IMG/VR virus record: IMGVR_UViG_3300001199_000019
Location: 1 to 42,157 of that record
Source of the DNA: a virus
DNA length: 42,157 nucleotides
Reading direction: 5' to 3' (one strand)
The stretch's first letter is position 1, and each line of letters begins with the position of its first letter. Positions 40,186 through 42,157 of this stretch are shown here, in pieces. The notes beneath the pieces are model-generated. The model was not told the DNA's origin and ran no database searches. It saw only the letters and a list, made by a program, of their open reading frames with translations. Made by a program: the position numbers and the translations under genes.

Positions 40186-40337
40186 TGAAAGAATGCCCCA
40201 TCCTCCACCGCTGGTATCTCCGCCTCCAAGTCAGTCGCGCTGACCGTAGACGCGAGGCATATCCGTCGCGGGAGAATATAAAAGCATTTGGGGCAGCGCA
40301 TTACCGGTTACAAGCTGCGTTGTCGAGGCTGGCATGA
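40185..40337 (+). CDS. hypothetical 50-aa basic protein
   Basis: TGATG overlap upstream and ATGA overlap downstream. Confidence 0.3.
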   Translation: MKECPILHRWYLRLQVSRADRRREAYPSRENIKAFGAAHYRLQAALSRLA

Positions 40338-40534
40338 GCGCCACCCTCTCAACTTTACGCCGCCCGGCCAACGTGGCTATAGTGCCACCGGCACACCGGC
40401 GCGCGCCGCCGGTGGAAACTGTGGACCCGCAGCTGGAGCCGTTCCTGCAGGCCCTGGCCGACATGATCTGGTGCGATATCCAACGGGAAACGGAACAACA
40501 AACGAATGCCCCGAGCCGCGATCCTCGCCCGTAA
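40334..40534 (+). CDS. hypothetical 66-aa protein overlapping the recombinase start
   Basis: It overlaps the recombinase ATG by 29 nt. It is a candidate directionality factor by position only. Confidence 0.35.
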   Translation: MSATLSTLRRPANVAIVPPAHRRAPPVETVDPQLEPFLQALADMIWCDIQRETEQQTNAPSRDPRP

Positions 40535-42157
40535 ATCCACGGACGACAACGACAAAAACGAGGACAGCAAGTCGGTCACGCGCCAGGTGGCGCATGCCCG
40601 CGACTACATCGCCGGCAAGGGCTGGACCCTCGACGACGCCCACGTCTACGTGGACGACGATGTCAGCGGCGCCGAGTTCAAAAACCGCCCCGGCCTGCTG
40701 CGACTGCTCAACCACCTGAAAGAGTTTGACACGGTCGTGATGTCCGAGTTCTCCCGGCTCGGGCGCGAACAAAGCAACACCGCGATCGTGCTGGCGCAGA
40801 TACACGCCGCCGGCGTGCGGGTGTTCTTCTACCTCACCGACGAGGAGCTGCGCTACGAATCGGCGATCGAGAAATTCATGGTTTCGGCCGCCGCCTTCGC
40901 GGCCGAGCTGGAGCGCGAAAAAGCATCGCAGCGGGCGCGGGATGCGGCGCTCAAGCGTGCGCGGGAGGGGAAAAACTTTGGCGGGCGGGCGTACGGCTAT
41001 GACAACGTGCCGGTTTACGGCGCAGCCGTGAACGGCCAGGAAGTGCGCACGCATACCGACTACCGCATCAACCCGGATGAAGCCGAGGTCGTGCGCGGGA
41101 TCTTCCGCGCCTGCGCCGGCGGGCGCGGGCTAACGGCCATCGCCAAGGCGCTGAACGGCGACCCGGGATGCCGCGACATCGCCGAGCGATACTTCGATGG
41201 CAAACAACCGCCACCGCCGCGCAAGGGCACGGGCTCCTGGGCGCCGTCGAGCGTCCGTGAAATCCTCCACCGGCCGCGCTACACCGGCAAGATACCGTTC
41301 GGCGAACACCGCAAGGTCCTGCGCGCCGGCTCGACCGCGCGCGTGCGCCAGGCTAACTACTTGCTCACGGAGCGCCCGGACCTGCGCATCGTCCCCGACG
41401 ACCTATGGATAGCCGTGCAGACGCGCCTGAAAGCGCTGCACGCGCAATACAGCCACCTGAACACGGGCCGGGTCGAGTCAAAATACCTCCTGAGCGGCCT
41501 GATGCGTTGCGAACACTGCGGCGGGCCGATGGTCGGAACGACCGTGTCCGTCGGATCGTACGGGAAGCGCCGACGTGTACCGCGTTATTCCTGCAGCTAC
41601 GCCAACACCCGCGGCGTGACCGTCTGCACAAACAACTGCAAACCGGGCATCGAGGTCCTCGACGGGCAGGTGCTGGACGCGATCGAGCAAATGGCCCTGT
41701 CCCCAGCCGCAGTGCAGCGAGTGCTAGACCTTGTGGTCGAACGCGCCAGAGCCGAGCGCCAGCAAAGCCCAACGCGTCGGCGAGACATGGAAGCGGAGCG
41801 GCGGAAACTACAACAGGAGATCGACCGGCTGGTCGCGCTGGTGGTCGGCGGGAGAGCGCCGGCGAGAATACTCGAGGAAATCACGCGGCGGGAAGTGCGA
41901 CTGAAGGAGATGGAGCGTCAGCCGGCGGTTACCGGCAAAATCGACCCGCGACGCATCGAGGCCATGGCGTTCGAGCGCATCGCGGACTTCAAGGGCCTGC
42001 TGCGCAGCAGGCCCTCCGAGGGCCGCCATGCGCTTCGGCAACTTCTTGCCGGCCACATCGCCTTCCGGGTGCTGGAAGGCGGCCGTTACAGCTTCCACGG
42101 CGCGACCCATATCGGGATACTGCTACAGTCAACACCCTTGAACGGGGCGTCCCCAGC
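40506..42157 (+). CDS. large serine recombinase (integrase), 3' end runs off the window and continues at nt 80..143
   Basis: AILARKSTDD catalytic-Ser block, SEFSRLGRE, a recombinase domain, a zinc-ribbon block (CEHCGG...YSCSY...C) and a coiled-coil C-terminus. There is no stop before 42157. Confidence 0.9.
   Translation, partial: MPRAAILARKSTDDNDKNEDSKSVTRQVAHARDYIAGKGWTLDDAHVYVDDDVSGAEFKNRPGLLRLLNHLKEFDTVVMSEFSRLGREQSNTAIVLAQIHAAGVRVFFYLTDEELRYESAIEKFMVSAAAFAAELEREKASQRARDAALKRAREGKNFGGRAYGYDNVPVYGAAVNGQEVRTHTDYRINPDEAEVVRGIFRACAGGRGLTAIAKALNGDPGCRDIAERYFDGKQPPPPRKGTGSWAPSSVREILHRPRYTGKIPFGEHRKVLRAGSTARVRQANYLLTERPDLRIVPDDLWIAVQTRLKALHAQYSHLNTGRVESKYLLSGLMRCEHCGGPMVGTTVSVGSYGKRRRVPRYSCSYANTRGVTVCTNNCKPGIEVLDGQVLDAIEQMALSPAAVQRVLDLVVERARAERQQSPTRRRDMEAERRKLQQEIDRLVALVVGGRAPARILEEITRREVRLKEMERQPAVTGKIDPRRIEAMAFERIADFKGLLRSRPSEGRHALRQLLAGHIAFRVLEGGRYSFHGATHIGILLQSTPLNGASP
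42079..42157. repeat. terminal overlap, copy 2 (identical to 1..79)
   Basis: Base-by-base identity read directly. Confidence 0.95.

Larger units (their letters stand above)
1..42157. mobile_element. complete circular temperate lambdoid phage genome (unit length 42078 bp)
   Basis: Terminase, portal, protease, capsid, tail, lysis, replication, cI/cro-like switch and serine recombinase are all present. The first 79 nt repeat exactly at the end. Confidence 0.85.

Overview
This 42,157-nt window is a circularly closed, GC-rich genome of a temperate lambda-like (lambdoid) siphophage. The first 79 nt equal the last 79 nt, so the unit length is 42,078 bp.

Minus strand, from high to low coordinates:
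- a cro-like gene, a small ORF and a terminator (31.3-30.8 kb), then a CII-like gene;
- a Toprim/SF3 primase-helicase (29.8-27.4 kb) with an iteron plus AT-rich origin directly behind it;
- small membrane, lipoprotein and TSCPD genes, then a Nu1-like small terminase, an HNH-like gene, DUF4031 and a GpA-type large terminase;
- a Q82-type antiterminator whose stop codon lies inside a near-consensus promoter, followed by two tandem terminators;
- the late operon: cold-shock protein, gpW, lambda-type portal, S49 protease, scaffold, decoration protein, Mu gpT-type capsid, connectors, tail tube, G/GT chaperones with an AAAAAAC -1 frameshift site, tape measure, M, L, K (NlpC/P60), a fused I-J protein, fibre, and an unusual lysis cassette.

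Plus strand:
- a cI-like repressor that looks leaderless, two zinc-ribbon membrane genes and a terminator;
- an operator-controlled early operon (32.7-42.1 kb, wrapping to nt 143) with ParB-like and MazG-like genes and many small ORFs, ending in a large serine recombinase.

The stand-out system is a diversity-generating retroelement (DGR) inside that early operon. The core cassette at 36.8-39.2 kb has a DUF1566-type target, the accessory protein Avd, a template repeat (TR) and a reverse transcriptase (RT). A second, remote DUF1566-type target with its own variable region (VR) lies at 32.9-33.3 kb. Both VRs differ from the TR almost only at TR adenines, and both are followed by a shared AT-rich element that the TR lacks.

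Other unexplained signals:
- three near-identical 45-nt cassettes, each a 14-codon mini-ORF whose TAA overlaps the ATG of a late gene;
- a GTAAG-N4-CTTAC operator at three sites;
- about twenty 4-nt ATGA/GTGA start-stop overlaps.

All calls come from reading the sequence and the ORF translations by eye. No database search or computation was possible, so family names are recognition-level hypotheses.
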